Source: Dicyema japonicum (lineage: Eukaryota > Animalia > Dicyemida). From it: a DNA stretch of 64,000 nucleotides. The stretch lies in NCBI GenBank assembly GCA_011109175.1, contig RDEW01000015.1, positions 204,310-268,309 on the forward strand, read 5' to 3'. Under the pieces are notes generated by a model, which saw only the letters and a program-made list of their open reading frames with translations, did not search any database and was not told the DNA's origin. Of this stretch, positions 11,866 to 25,566 are shown one piece after another. The position numbers and the translations under genes are program-made. Each line of letters begins with the position of its first letter. Positions within the stretch are counted from its first letter, which is position 1.

Positions 11866-14508
11866 ATGGTAATGAAATGGGCTATTCTGATATTGCTTAT
11901 GGGAATAAATTACAAGACTTTTCATGATCATCTATTTAGTCTTCGAAATACCAGAGAAGATCTCGATGGAATAAGCACAAAAGGAAGAGAAAGCAATCCA
12001 AAATTCAAAAAATCAATCATAATTATTGTGGATGGACTCAGATTTGACTCAATTTTGACTAACACATCAAGAAATGCTACATATCTCAACCAACTAACGA
12101 ATCTTTATAAACTTCAATTGAATGAACCACTAAATACACGTGTCTATTCGTTCAATGGAAGATTCCCTTCTATGACTATAAATAGGATGTATTCAATCTT
12201 CAGAGGACTTTGGCATGGATTTTACAATTTTGGAAAAAGTGAAGATAGCATATTTAACCAACTTTCAAGAAGTGGAAAAAATTAGCATTTGTTGGTGGAA
12301 TATTGATTCCTGCTATATTCGAAAGTCTCTTTGATATAGATATAAGCATTTATGATGATGACCTTGATGATGTCTTCAGTATCGACAATCTCATCGATAA
12401 AGCATTTATTAAACTTGTTGAACATAACAGTGCTGATTTTTATCTCGCACATTTTATGGGGATGGATCACCTTCACCATCTGTTAGGTCTCAACCATCAT
12501 GAGATTAGAGACCGTCTAATATTTTATGATAATTTCTTGGGGTCGTCGTTATTTTAACTTTTTTAGAAAATTGTTGCCATCGATAGATGAAGAGACTGTG
12601 TTGTTTGTTATGGGAGATCACGGATCTGTTCTAAGTGGATCTCATGGAGATGCTGTCGAAGAGGAAGAAACTGCGTTATTCATTTATAGTAAAAAGCAAC
12701 TTTCGTCAACTCCACTGAACATGGTATTCTAATGCAACAATTTAGAACGAAATTCAACGGATTGATTTGGATCAATTTGCCCCGACTATGGCTGCGTTAA
12801 TGGGAATACCGATTCCTTATCAGAATTTGGGGACTTTTATTAAAGACATTGATTATGGCATTTCAGTTATTCTCATTTTAATGAAAATAGGACTTGGATT
12901 TGGCCAGAATGAATGGCAAGCAAATGATAAAATTTTACGAATCACTAAATATTTCCCCTTTTGGTGAAAATAATAAAATCAAAGCGGCCATAAAAGAGGC
13001 AGAATATCAGTTTGCCATTAAAAACCTAAAGAATCTCAGTGCCAAGTATGATGGAATAATGAGGGAAATAAGAACTGTGGTTTATAATGAGAATAGATGT
13101 GATGCTTCTAATCTACCATATTACGTGGTTTTTACAGTCTACATTAATTTGGGGATTTTATTTTTACGTCAAAATATATCCACAAGAATGTTGGCTATGT
13201 TGGCTGGTTGTTTCGTTGTCGCTCATTTTTTGTTTCCTCTGATTGTAGTTCTCATTTCTATTTTTGACGAGTTTAGTCGTTGTCATTGTACTTTACAGAA
13301 AACAGAGTCACTTGACGTTTGGATTATTTTTGGGTGTATTTTATGCCCTTTTCATTTATGTATCTCTATATTTCCTGGAACTCAACAATTTCAGTTCAAT
13401 GTGTTTGGCCTTAATATCTTTCATCATGGTGTTAGTCCGCAATGTAAGACCGAAAGACCAAAATGAATGGATTGTCTCGGATTGTCTGCTACGTTGATTC
13501 TTTTCCTCATTATCTGCTCGAGTTCATTCCGATATTGTGAAAAGTGGCCATGCTATGGCAATTTGTACTCGACTGAGCTTTCTTCCCTTTCTAGGGGACA
13601 GTTTATTTCAATCTACTTGTTAGTCCTCACTGTGCTGATTGGGGGACAATATTTTATTGTAAAATGTGAAATATTGCCTGTTGTGAGGTTTTGTGCTCGT
13701 CCGCCTTGATTTTCATGTTTGTATTCAATCTGCAATATTTGAAGAATTTTGATAATTATATGCAATTCAGTTTTTTAAGACAACGTTTTTTGTCATTTTT
13801 CTTTTATTCATCACTAATTTTGGCATTTCTGTCAATTCCATTCAGTGCCATATATGGCCAGTCACTCAATTCTATGATTTATTACAAATCCTTTGTTGTC
13901 GTTGTCTCTATTTTGTGTATTTTCGTTGGTAATATACTTTACAATTACCATTTCATTTTATATTTCACAATATTATTCGTTTACTTCAAATTTATTAGAA
14001 ACTATCAGGTTAAATATGAAAACAAAGAGTTGTTCTTTGATGTCTGCTTTTGGTTTTTCTTAACCCAATCATTTCTCTATGCGACAGGACACGACCATTC
14101 ATTCACAACAATCCACTGGAGTGCAGCAGCTTTTCTTCTCCGTGGGCCTTATCGTTATGCTTCAGGTTTGGGGGTATTTTATTAAAGTCTTTTTGGTTGC
14201 CATCGAAATGGCGAGTTTTGTCATTCTGGGGTCTCTATTTCTGCCTTTTCTGGTTAATTGCAATTCAGTTGACCATCAAAATAAATATTTCAACTTGATT
14301 AGTCTTCATTGTATCATTTCCAACATTATTGTTTTATTTTTACTCATTTTAGATTGGAGTTTCCATATTACTGGTTATAAAGAATAAATGTGACACTACA
14401 AACAACCCTAAACTACACTTTTTATATTTTAGTGACGACATTTACTACCTGCTCACAAACATATTATCTCTTATCTTTGTTGGATTAGTTTCCGTTATTA
14501 ATCTTTGA
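11866..14508 (+). CDS. PIGO: GPI ethanolamine-phosphate transferase, PIGO/GPI13-like, divergent
   Basis: IIIVDGLRFD, PSMT..R, AHFMGMDH..H..G, VMGDHG...GSHG...EE...LFIYS, PT.A.L.GIPIP..NLG, multi-TM C-terminus with ATGH...F..IHWSAA. Tiny introns and several apparent 1-nt frameshifts; PIGG not fully excluded. Confidence 0.8.
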
Positions 14509-14559
14509 TTCTTTCTTTATTTCTGGACTCACGTCACCACTCCACTAAGCTACATCAGA

Positions 14560-15460
14560 GTCATTTTAGCCTTTGATATCTATAGCGGGTTTTTGGAATC
14601 TACCTCTGTTGACCACTTACACCCGGAGACGAAGATCTTTCCGTTGGACCACCATTTGGAAAGGCAAAAGCAACAATATTTCAAACAATCAACCTTTCCA
14701 CTAAAGGCCTAAATACTAAGGTGCAGACCTACTGAGATCAGTACTTCAGAATCGCCTAACCTAATCTGATCTCTATGGAACGAGTCTAGATTGTGATTTT
14801 CCGAATCAGAAAGTCCCCATGTTCAGGCATTGTAGAGGAGAATAGGTTTTACCAGTGAATTGTATAAGCGTATCCGTGTTTGTGAACTCAATCATTTACG
14901 ATTTAGCCAGATTCCTTTAGGCTGCGTAGTACACTGTTTGCATGTGTTTTCCGCATATTACGTCCTGTTCATCTCCTAATAACGATCCGAGTTTCTTTAT
15001 TTTCTCCAATGTTCATCCAGGTTTGATTTTTGTCTGACTAGTTCAGTCAATTCTGTTTTCTCCACATTTACATTAAGGAACCAGTCGGCAAGTTTATTTG
15101 GCATCAACTCCAATAGGTGTTTCAGAGCATTCATGTCGAGAGAATAAAATCCACGTCATTTCGCATAAGCCACCACATCAATTTTTGTTTCATAGTATGG
15201 TTTTAGCTCCCTCAATGCAGCTTCCAGGTATATGACAAATAGTATGGGAGATAACAAATCCCCTTGAGGTGTCGCAGATGTTGTTTCAAATGGATTAGAG
15301 CACTTGTCTTCTACCCTGACCGATAGGTAAATTTCTGATAAAAATACTCCGACCATCTTGGTAGAAGATTCGTCAAGGAATTCTGTGAAGACATTCATCA
15401 ATTTCTGACGATTGATTGAATCAAAAGCTCTTGACAAATCGATTCCAAGAATGTTTGCCG
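14560..15460 (-). mobile_element. RTE-like LINE fragment (RT and C-terminal part)
   Basis: GIDLSRAFDSINR, PQGDLLSPILF, YA.., KKLGSLLG, IRLYNSLVKPILLYNA motifs. Confidence 0.82.
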
Positions 15461-15582
15461 CGTCTATAGGAAAATCTATTAAAAATTTAAAAAATCTAAG
15501 CGAAAATTAACTTTTAATATAAAAATTATTATATTCCTAACCCTATCCATTAGTAACTAAGATAAGTTCCCTGCCGTTGTAA

Positions 15583-18500
15583 CTAGGCAACATTTTTATT
15601 GACTTCAAAAAATAAAAATTGCTTTTAAAAAGTCAATTTAATTGATCTTAAATTTTAAAAATTGACCTAAAAAATACTAGTTACAACTTTATTTTCATAT
15701 ATAAACTACGCTTATGAAAATTAAAGTAATTTTATTCATCGTTTATCGAATTATTCACAATTCAGTAATATTTTACATTATCCTCTTTCAAATTCCTATC
15801 CTTGTATAAGATTTCGTTAAGAATCGAAAATGATCGTTCCACTGCGCACGATGTAGCCTGATATTCAATCAACAAAGAATAATCTAAATGTGAAATGGAA
15901 TGATCATCAAAATTTATTATTTTTGTGATATCATTAGAATTCATCCTTTTGTTAATATAATTTTTATTCCACATACGTCTTTTATTTGGTTGAGTTGGTG
16001 ACGTGGCTATAATGCACACATGTCTTTTTCGTGCTTTTCTTCGGGATCTTTCACTATTAGCTCGTTCAATGTAAGAGGATTAAAGTCGGATACTAAAAAA
16101 AGAAATTTATGCGTGGATCTTGGATCGTACAAGGTAACCGTGGCGTGCTCTACAGGAAACGAAAGTAAAAGGCGGACTAGATGAAATCAACAATGATTTC
16201 CGCCTGATTCTGCACCCTTCGAATTGCCCACACTACGGCATGGGATTTGCAATACAAAAAAACTGAACAATCGAATCCACAAGACGTGGAGGGTGACCGA
16301 TAGAATATGTGTTTTACAATTAAAATAATCTCCATTATTAAAAACAATTCCATAATCTCCATTATTAATGTATATGCACCAACTTCGGTGAGAGTATCAA
16401 TCAATGGAGACAAACTAGACGACTTCTATTCCTCCTTGTCGCAAGTATATGCATCTTTGGAATCATCGTTCATGACATACATTGCCGGAGTTTGGAACGC
16501 AAAGGCAGGATGAGTCACGAAGAATTCATGGGAAGCCATGGAAGAGGGATCAGGAACCAGTCAGGAGAATCGATTATCTAATTTTGCAATACATTCAAAC
16601 TATTTCTATGAAATACTGCTTTCAGGCACTCAGTAAGACATAAAACGACATGGAGCTGCTACAGAAAAGACAAACCTGGGAACATTAAGCCTATATATAA
16701 CCAAATAGATTACATTATCTGCAAACAACCGTACAAGGCACTACTAACAGACTTTCGGAGATACAGTGGGACACTAGTAAATAGTGATCACAGATTGGTT
16801 ATGGCACGTTTCCTTTTCAAACGATATTTTGGGGTTTCCAAAGCGGCTGGCATGAGGATATCTGAGGGGAGGTTCGCAGTAGAGCAACTCTGCATGGTGA
16901 GACCGACTCAAGAAAGCTATCAAAATACATTGAGAGAAAAGATCAGACAGTGGAATAAATGAAAAAATGCCTGGGGAGCTGTGGCAAGACACCATCGATG
17001 CAATAAAGTGCGCGGCCCATTCAACAGTTGGAGTAAAACCGACGGACACTATGACCACGAGCTTGAAGAACTATCCAAATTGCAGAGGAACCTACGTTTT
17101 CAGGTCGAAACCTGTCAGGACCAGGCAAAGGAACACACTCTTATAGTCATGCGGAACCAAACTCTGCATAAATTAAAGAAAAGAACGAGGGAAATAAAGG
17201 AAAATAAACTTGTTGGAATGGCTAAAGAAGTAGAAAGGCTCAAAAACAGAGCGCAGATGTTCAAGGTTGTTCATCTGCTACATAGAGACACGGAGTTGTC
17301 AAAAATCACAATACATGATCAGTTTGGAAAGACTATGTTAAACAAAAATGAAAATTTATCGGCCATATCCAGCCATTATCAGCAGGCCTTCAATCAAAAC
17401 CACAAGGAAATCAAACAATTCGATGGTGAAGCACGAGAACTAAATATTCCGATAACGATTCTGGAAACAAAAAAAGCCCTGGACAAATTAAACAACAATA
17501 GAGCTGCTGGCCCTGACAACATAAATGCAGAACTTCTCAAATATGCACCTCTCTGAACTATTAACTGAGATATACAACAAAACATTCAAATACAACTCAC
17601 CACTGGATGTGGGTAATGGCACACTAATTGCACTACAAAAACCGGGCAAAGCTAAGGGTCCCTTAACGAATTTAAGACCCATCGTACTATTGACGACTCT
17701 ACGCAAGACACTATCACTTACAGTGCTGAACAGGATTGGACTGACATCGAGAACTTTCTCTCTCACGGTCAAAGCGGATTCAGGTCAGGAAGATCTACAG
17801 CTGATGTGGTCTGGGGACATCGATGGCTTTGTGCAACACATCAAAAGTACAAGGGGGCTACTGGCATCCTTGGCATGGACATGTCCAAAGCCTTTGACTC
17901 TATACACAGAAAGAGACTTTTGGATATCTTGGAGAAGTTGGTTGACGAGGACAGTGTCAGTCTATTACTTGGAACAACGCAGCTAAGTGTACGTTTTGGA
18001 AATTTGGAGTCTGTCCTATTCGAGACAACGTTCGGGGTACCGCAGGGAGATTCCTTGTCACCGGTACTTTTTGTGACATATCTGGAGGCGGCACCAAGAG
18101 ACTTCAGACTATTAATTGGCGATCTACCTCAAAGTGAAGTGATTTATGCAGATGATATCAACTATATATCCAGCGACGAGAAAACATTAAACTATATACG
18201 GACAAGGATGCCAGATGTCCTAGAAAAATGGTTCATCAAATTCAATACGGAAAAGACGGAGACAACTACCATACGTTGTGAATTAACCCGAACTGATGAA
18301 AAATGGAGATACTGTAAAAAAGGGGTCGTTGCTCCAAGACGCTGAGGACATCACTAACAGGAAATGTTGGCCGTCGCGGCCTTTAGAAAAATGGGAGTAG
18401 TCTGGAATCATCGTAAACAAATTAGCACACAATTGTTGCTTGGCATCAACAGGCCAAAAAATAATTACAAACAAGAATCTATACAAAATATGTAATGCAA

Positions 18501-19300
18501 GACCATTGAATCTGGATATCATTGAATCAAAATGGCGTCTATTTGGTCACATCCTTCGGATGAGCCATATGACGCCTGCTAAAATAGCAATGAAGAACTA
18601 TTTCTGCCCAGAAGTGAATACTTCGTTCCGTGGAAGACCTCTCATAACTTTGCCAGAGGTTCTACACAAGGACCTGACCAATGTAAGACGAAAGTTGAAA
18701 ACAGAAGATGATCTGGATACTTTCAGAATAATTGCCAGTAACCGTGGAGCATGGAGAAAGTTAGTTAAGAGAATTGTGGGAGAAATAATAACCTGAAGAA
18801 AAATAAGGAACAAGCGGAACTTTAATTAAATAAATTACATTTTTGGTTCTTCGAAAGTGCTATTAATAATAATACATACGTCTTCTTTAAAATCCAATTT
18901 TTTCAAATAATTGTATGCTTTATAGTAAAATTGGTCGATTCTAAATCATCAAGAAAATGTAATAAAGGTGAATATTGTGATATTATCGTCGTTAGATCTT
19001 CATGAAGTGTTCCATTAGATAAATTATTTCGCTCTTTTAATAAGCAAAGAATCTCCTTCTAAGGAAGTGCACATTTGAATAAAATTTGGCAGGTTTATAG
19101 CATAGTAAGAAACAGTCTTAAACCAGCTCCCCATCTCGTAACTATTGGTTCTGGTGGGTACCCAATTTATTTAAACAATTGTCTTCAATAATTCTTCTTT
19201 ACAACAAGTGCTTTAATTCAAGCAATCAATTTGTCGACTTTGGGATAATATAATTTTATTTAAGTGCACAATTATGCACTAAATGAGCAAACATGGCTCT
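15583..19300 (-). mobile_element. hAT-like transposase pseudogene split by an RTE insertion
   Basis: 19300-18885: CFAHLVHNCA, PPEPIVTRWG, ..KLDFKEDVC; 15981-15762: ..KNYINKR..ATSCAVERSFS. The halves join across the duplicated ACATACGTCTT. Confidence 0.85.
15982..18873 (+). mobile_element. Full-length RTE-like LINE (APE + RT), frameshifted, 11-bp TSD
   Basis: ATG 16020: SFNVRGL, LQETK, NVYAPT, WNAK, NQIDYI, SDHRLV (APE); AAGPD, RPIVLL, QSGFR, DMSKAFDSI, GVPQGDSLSP, YADD (RT); WRLFGHILR, GRP. TSD ACATACGTCTT at 15971-15981 and 18874-18884; (TAA)n tail. Confidence 0.95.
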
Positions 19301-20215
19301 ATTTACTACGAGTTGAATTCGTTCGGGGTGTGTGGAGACAAGGACTGACAACTTAGAGTGATTTATTGTTTTTAAAACTAATGAGTAAAGTATACATAAA
19401 CCTAGACTAAAATAAAATGAGTATTTAATAAGAAAATCTCATCAAATAGTTCATGAACAACCTCAGATACGAGAAAACTGCAATCCCGTTACGAAAAATA
19501 GTTCCATCTGCTTTTACCTATCCTTGCCGGTTTGGGATCACTTATTTTTTCGAAAAAAATTATTTTCTTTCTTATCCAGAAATAATAGTAACATATTTGA
19601 TATGGTACCTATAAACTTTGTGCTTGGAGGTACATGTCGGAAGAATAGTTAGTTAAGAAATTTATTTTTATAACCCAGTGATCCTGGGACAAGAATAATA
19701 ATAACGTTGGAAGAATCACCATATATGAAACTTTGAAACCATTTTACAGCTATATAATGCATTGGGAAACATTTCAGAGAGAGGACCTAAATGTGCTACG
19801 GGAGCTAGCGAGTGATATATGGAAGATGATGACTCTGTTATTAGATTGTGAGCATGGGTGGCTTGGTAGTATTTAAAGTAAAGCGCAAAATATTGTAAAT
19901 ATTACTGAATTCAATAAATTGATGTTATTTAATATATCTATTCAATATTGATTGCGGACATTTAATTATAACAATAAGTGATTAGAATGCGGTTTAAACA
20001 TAAAGATTTTTCCTAAATATATATTTTAATGAAAGAATTTGACCTATACTTCAGCTGTTATCATACAATACCACATTACCAAAGCAACTAAACAACATAG
20101 AGGTCTGACTACCACTGTTCGACATATTATTATTATTTTACTCTCAAATTTATAAAATTTAAAATAATTAAATATAATTGATTTAAACATATAATTTAAA
20201 TATAATTGATTATCT

Positions 20216-21091
20216 ATGGATATCGTTCTCGACTTTATTGATGAAATGCTATTGACTGACTACGTTTATCCAAAAACATGGGAAGCCAATAGTCCTTCCC
20301 GGCAGTTTATATCCCTCTTCTCTATAGTTACCATTGGTGGCTACATCACCTACTTGGTCCCCGCCCTTCTAAATTACCTATTTGTATTTGATCACCGACT
20401 AAAGAATCATAAACTGTTTTTAAAAGTAAAACTATAGTTATTGGTAGAATCAAATATATCTAGAAATATCATGTGCTATCAAGTCTATCCCTTTGATGAC
20501 TTTGATGACCACAGTGGCAATATTTCTGGAGGTCCGCGGTTACTCAAAGCTCACAACGGGAAAATTAAGTGAGATTTATTATTAACTTAGCCATTGGAAG
20601 CATTGTTTCCGATTTCATTCTTTTCATATGCTTCACTGATTTTATGATTTATTGGATTCATAGAATTCTTCACTGGCCAATGATTTACAGAGTAATCCAC
20701 AAAACCCACCATAAATGGATCGTAACGACCCCTTTGCCAGTCATGCCTTCCACCCAATCGATGGATTCGCTCAGTCTCTTCCTTACCACATTTACGTTTT
20801 TATACTTCCATTGGACAAGTGGATGTACCTTAGTATTATTATGTTGATTTATTAGTCCTATTCATTGTGGTTAATCTCTGGAGTATTTCCATCCACGATG
20901 GTTGTTTCAGAGTCCCAAAGTATTTGAAACCATTTATTAATGGATCAGCTCATCATATGGATCACCATATTTATTATAATTATAATTATGGACAGTACAC
21001 AACTATTTGGGACAGATTGGGCGGGTCTTTTAAAGAACCTGAATCATGGTTGGATGATGGACCACTCTCTAGTGCTCTTAAAAATAATTGA
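20216..21091 (+). CDS. SC5D: Lathosterol oxidase / sterol C5-desaturase
   Basis: MDIVL, His boxes [15 protein letters not shown], (F)[40 protein letters not shown]. Three introns (22, 22, 23 nt); 1-nt frameshift near 20730. Confidence 0.95.
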
Positions 21092-21999
21092 CTGGGTTAA
21101 TTATGATTTTCCATCTAACATTCCTTTCCTTCTTTATATTATTTAGGGTCTTGTCATATTTAGTTAGTCCTCGTTCACCAGTGAGGACATTTCATTAATA
21201 ACTTAACCACTCCCGCTTTTCCCATAAGCATATAGGCTTTCGTTTGTGTCTTACTCCATACTGACAGTTTCTTGCATCTAACACGATTCCGCATTTCAGC
21301 AGAGTTATCCAATCTTGACTCTTAATTCGCGCATAATAATGAGACACAGAGAAAAAGTGTAATTTTTGACCGCCCACTAAATTCCATATTTGTTGGAATG
21401 CTAAAATCAATAAAGCTACAAGTATCGGAGATTGTTTAGAGAATCAAGAAAGGCAATTTTAAAATTCACAAAAATATATGGAAGTCTGGATATCTCCAAG
21501 GAGCATGGATTGGATTTGAAATTCAGCATATTACCACCTTATGAGGAGTGAATGGAAGATTTTGTGTGATATGTGGTCATGTGTGAAGTAAGTGAGGCTT
21601 TTCAATAAGGAAGAGATATGCAGTGTAACCCCGACAGAAGATCAAAACCCTGTTAATTAGTTTTTCGGTTTTAATTTGACTTTGGTGGGAGTAAATAAAT
21701 GTTTATCTTGTTATCTTAAGAGAGATGTGTGCTTTCTACGCTTTGATGCTTCACATCTTTTTCAATGCACAAGATGTCAACATTTTTATAAAATTCAAGA
21801 ATCGAGCTGAACTTTTTGTTTATATGAACCTTCACTTAATACCATTTGAACTATTTACCTTCACTTAACACAATAGAGTTTTAACAAACGAGTTAGTAGA
21901 ACTAATAATCTAATGACCATTAAAGCGAGATTTAATGTAAAAATATAGAGAATGGCTTATATTTGGTTGATAGTCTTGAAAGCTATAATAACCATTTGG

Positions 22000-22600
22000 T
22001 GGGATTACTGCTGTTATGTTCGTGACTGTACGACTCCTCAAGCGAGGATCAACTAAAACCAACCTAAAAATACAGGACGATTTCGTTCATTTTGTATTAG
22101 ACTCTAAATACTCCGCAAACCTCATATCCGACCATTTTAGCAAACAATTTAACCTCTTTTGCAGTTCGAAGGGGTAATCATTTAATAATACGTTCATTCT
22201 CTGAAATTTTGGAAGGTCTCAAGCGCTTGAATAATAACAAAGCGTTTTTCGATAATATTTATGGGGAAATACTAAAATAAGTGGCAACTCAGTTAGAAAA
22301 AATATCCTTTATGTTCAACAAAATAGTCAAGGCTCACTGTCCAGCTGACACTTCAACTGGGATATTACTGCATGTACAAAAACCTTTTAAAAGTGGAGGT
22401 CCAATCAATAATCTGATATTTATCGCCAATCAAAGTGGTTTAGAGGAGGGAGATCAATCGATGACATCGTTTGGAATAACGTTGGATTACGGCTATGTGC
22501 CAAAGGCATATAAAAATGATGTACATTCTGGCAGTTGACTTGTCGACTTATCGGCATAAATAAAATACTGTTTGTTCTCAAGGACATCATGTGCCTTGTT
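22000..22600 (+). mobile_element. Degraded RTE-like fragment
   Basis: LKRLNNNKA, QKP.K.G, NQSGFRGGRS..DIVW remnants homologous to the 15982-18873 element. Confidence 0.6.
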
Positions 22601-22924
22601 TGATAATCATTACTAGCACGATTATCAAGAATCACAATTATATTATAATAATGAAGCAGTCATCAGGTTTTCCGGGTTTTTTAATAGCTTCCTCATTTTC
22701 GCTCGGTGTTCCCCTCAGGGTCTGACGAACTCTCTGTATGATATCCATGCCCTTGTTTTTATAACATGAATCAAGAAACGGGTTAGATTTTTTATAACAC
22801 ACACTTAATTTTTAAGAAAAGAACATTTATCATAGGTAATCGATGATCTCTTGCCCGGCAACCGTTACACTGGACATTTATATATATTATTATTGAACTC
22901 CAAGATCCAGAACACCAATTATCG

Positions 22925-23350
22925 TTATTATTAAAAAGCACTCCCGAGAAAACACAAAAATAGTTAAGTTTTCCTTGTGCCGTATTCCTAATCATCCTCT
23001 CCGTCAACCTCGACCATGATCCTCTGTTGCGCGCTAGTTCTCTTAGGTAGCCTAGGTCGTCCGCCGTTTCAATTGTAGTATTAGATGCTGCCCACACTAT
23101 TGTAACGTAGTGAATCAGGTCCTGAAGGACTGCAAATAATGTCGGCAGGCCGATGAGAGGGTAAAAAGGTGGAATTTTCCAAACAGTTCTGTAAATTGTA
23201 CGGTCTTTTTTGTCTCTTGTAGACAGCAGACAGAGACGTCGTATTTTGTTAAATCGCATGCCAGTTGGTGTTTCTTGTAAGGTTGATCAAGTCTTCTGCA
23301 ATTAAAAGATCCCAGAGTGAACGGAGAAGTCGGTAAGGAATACGAATTCC
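22925..23350 (-). mobile_element. Internally deleted RTE derivative (APE N-terminus joined to the 3' end)
   Basis: Minus strand: PFTLGSFNCRRL...ACDLTKYDVSVCCLQETK, then within ~150 nt PTL..VLQ.....DDLGYLRELARNRGSW and GTGCT..(TAA) tail. Confidence 0.8.
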
Positions 23351-23369
23351 TTAGAACACCAATATTTAA

Positions 23370-25440
23370 TTTAATTAAGTGATATCGACAGCCTCAATCA
23401 GATTTTTTATCTTTTCCTTGTGCGCCTTCTGGGCTCCAACGAAACTTCTCTGTGGGCGAGGTGAGTATATCATTCTCATGAGTCACATCCTGGCTTTGTG
23501 CTGTTAGGAGTTCCAGTTCATGTATAGGGAAGCTAATCCTTTTCCATTTTGTCGGATAAGGTCTTCAAGTGATGAGGGATTAGTTTTTCTAGTTTCCTGA
23601 GATTACTAATAGTAGTGACTGTCAAGGATTGAATGTCGCTGATTTTTTATTTGTTCGTCCAGGAAAGATTGATTCCCCATGACGCAGAGACATAGCTGAC
23701 AGATTGCTCAATGAATTGTTTGTACAATTATTTAAATGCTGGAAAAGGGTCTTAATGCAATCAAAAATAGATTTAATTATCCCTAGCTTTCTTGACCAAC
23801 TTCCAGAGATGCCGTCGATATGAATAAAAAAGTACATATGTGTTTGTAGAAACTGATCCCAAGATTTCTTTTTGAAAGGTATTTTTGTCTGATTGATAAA
23901 TATATCCACGGTCATTTGTCTATGTCGTTTGAAGATTTTCCAGTAAATATATCAAGCCGGTTATAATTTAGCCAAATTTGAATCTTGTGAAGGTTTTCTT
24001 GTAGTCTTTCTGACGCCTTTAGGAGATCTTGATCGCGGGATCCGATTAATAGGTCATATGATAGGAGGAAATCGTCTTTATTATCGGGTTGTGATAAATC
24101 GGACATAAATAAGTTAAATAAGGCGGGTGATTTTCCTGGAGACAGAGTCGAAGGCATTTTGTAAATCGATCGAGCAAACGACGGTTTTTAGGTAGCGAGG
24201 ATTTGTGTTAAAGCCTTCAAGGATAAATTGGTGAGGGCAGTGAGGTGGGTAAAAGTTGAATAACCCCTTTTTAATCCACGTTGTGAGGATGAAAAAGGAA
24301 GGGAGTTATAAGATTGATGATCAGTAGGGCGGTCGACATTATTATTATTTTATTAACCCCGGATACACCGATAAAGAAGTAACCAACTAATTAAGTGTAT
24401 CCTGTTTACACTTCTACAGAAACAGAGTCCATCCGGAATCAGCATAAAATGTAAGACATCCATTACATGCAGTTGTGGAAACCCCTCCAGTGGAGTGGGG
24501 AAGAGCAAATGATCCTTTTTCATGCCGGCCTGGCACTGGGCGTCACCTAGACAGGTGGATCACATGACGCCACTCTATTAGGAAGAGAGGAGGAACAGAC
24601 AAGCAAACAGAAAATTTAAACCAATTGACCACGCAGCACCACATGGCTCAACGCGGCCTTATCCCCGGTCGACATGATGCAGGATTGTCCTTAGGTTTAA
24701 GGATTGGGCGTATATAGGACAGTTTCCAGATAGTTGGAATAGTATTCATGTTTATTTAATAGCTGAAAATCACTGTGATTGCATCAATCACAATATGTCC
24801 AAGGTGTTTTAGTAAGATAACAGGAATAGAATCATGCTCACATGAGAGGGAAGAATTCATCCTCTTCAAACCCTCATTGACATATGAGTGTGAGATAAAG
24901 TTGGTCAGCTGGGTTCTCTTCAGTCTTATTGAGAATAAAGAAGGCCCGTGCATTTTGTGGCTTATACTGGCATAGTATTTCATAAGTTTGTAAGGACTGT
25001 GCTGATCCGTCTGTTGGCTTGTGTTGAAATTTCCTTTTGGGTCAAATTGTTCGATTGCTCTCCAGACCGTCTCAGCGGATTTCTGAAAAGGGAGGGATGA
25101 TAGTAGTTTGTTTCATTTGTTGGCTTCAGCTCTTCTAATTCCTTTTGATATTTCGTCATTGAGAGTTTTTGTTTGATTTTTCTGTCCGGGAAAGGAAGGT
25201 AAGCGCATTTTTAGGCAGTTTCTTTTTTAATTAATGATTTAGTGTTCTGATCGAGTTTTTCATTGTAGAATTAAAATGATCCACGAGGAATGAATGTTCT
25301 CCGCTCTATGAAAATAGTTTTGTTCAAAAAGTCAATAGCTTCATGAGGGGAATATGTCAAAGTTTACTAGAGTTTGATGTATTTTGAATAGTCATTCCAA
25401 TTTGCTTTTTTATAGTTGATAATGAAACAGTCTCTTCCTA
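23370..25440 (-). mobile_element. Jockey/I-like LINE, degraded, interrupted by a SINE
   Basis: NYKKANW..Y, PILKPKDNPASCRP, Q.G.K, SPALFNLFMSDL, C-terminal ..VDIT*. Confidence 0.8.
24340..24665 (-). mobile_element. SINE-like family B, complete insertion with 10-bp TSD
   Basis: TSD CGGTCGACAT at 24330-24339 and 24666-24675; (TAA)n tail; homologous copies at 32512, 40085, 54270 and 48545; non-coding. Confidence 0.92.
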
Positions 25441-25566
25441 TGGTAAAGAACCAAAATGTAATATTCAATAAAAATGTGAATACAGTTAACAACTCTACCA
25501 GCTAAATTAAAATATAAAATTATGAGTAAAATACAAAAATAATTTTAATTTAAACTAGTTATCGTT

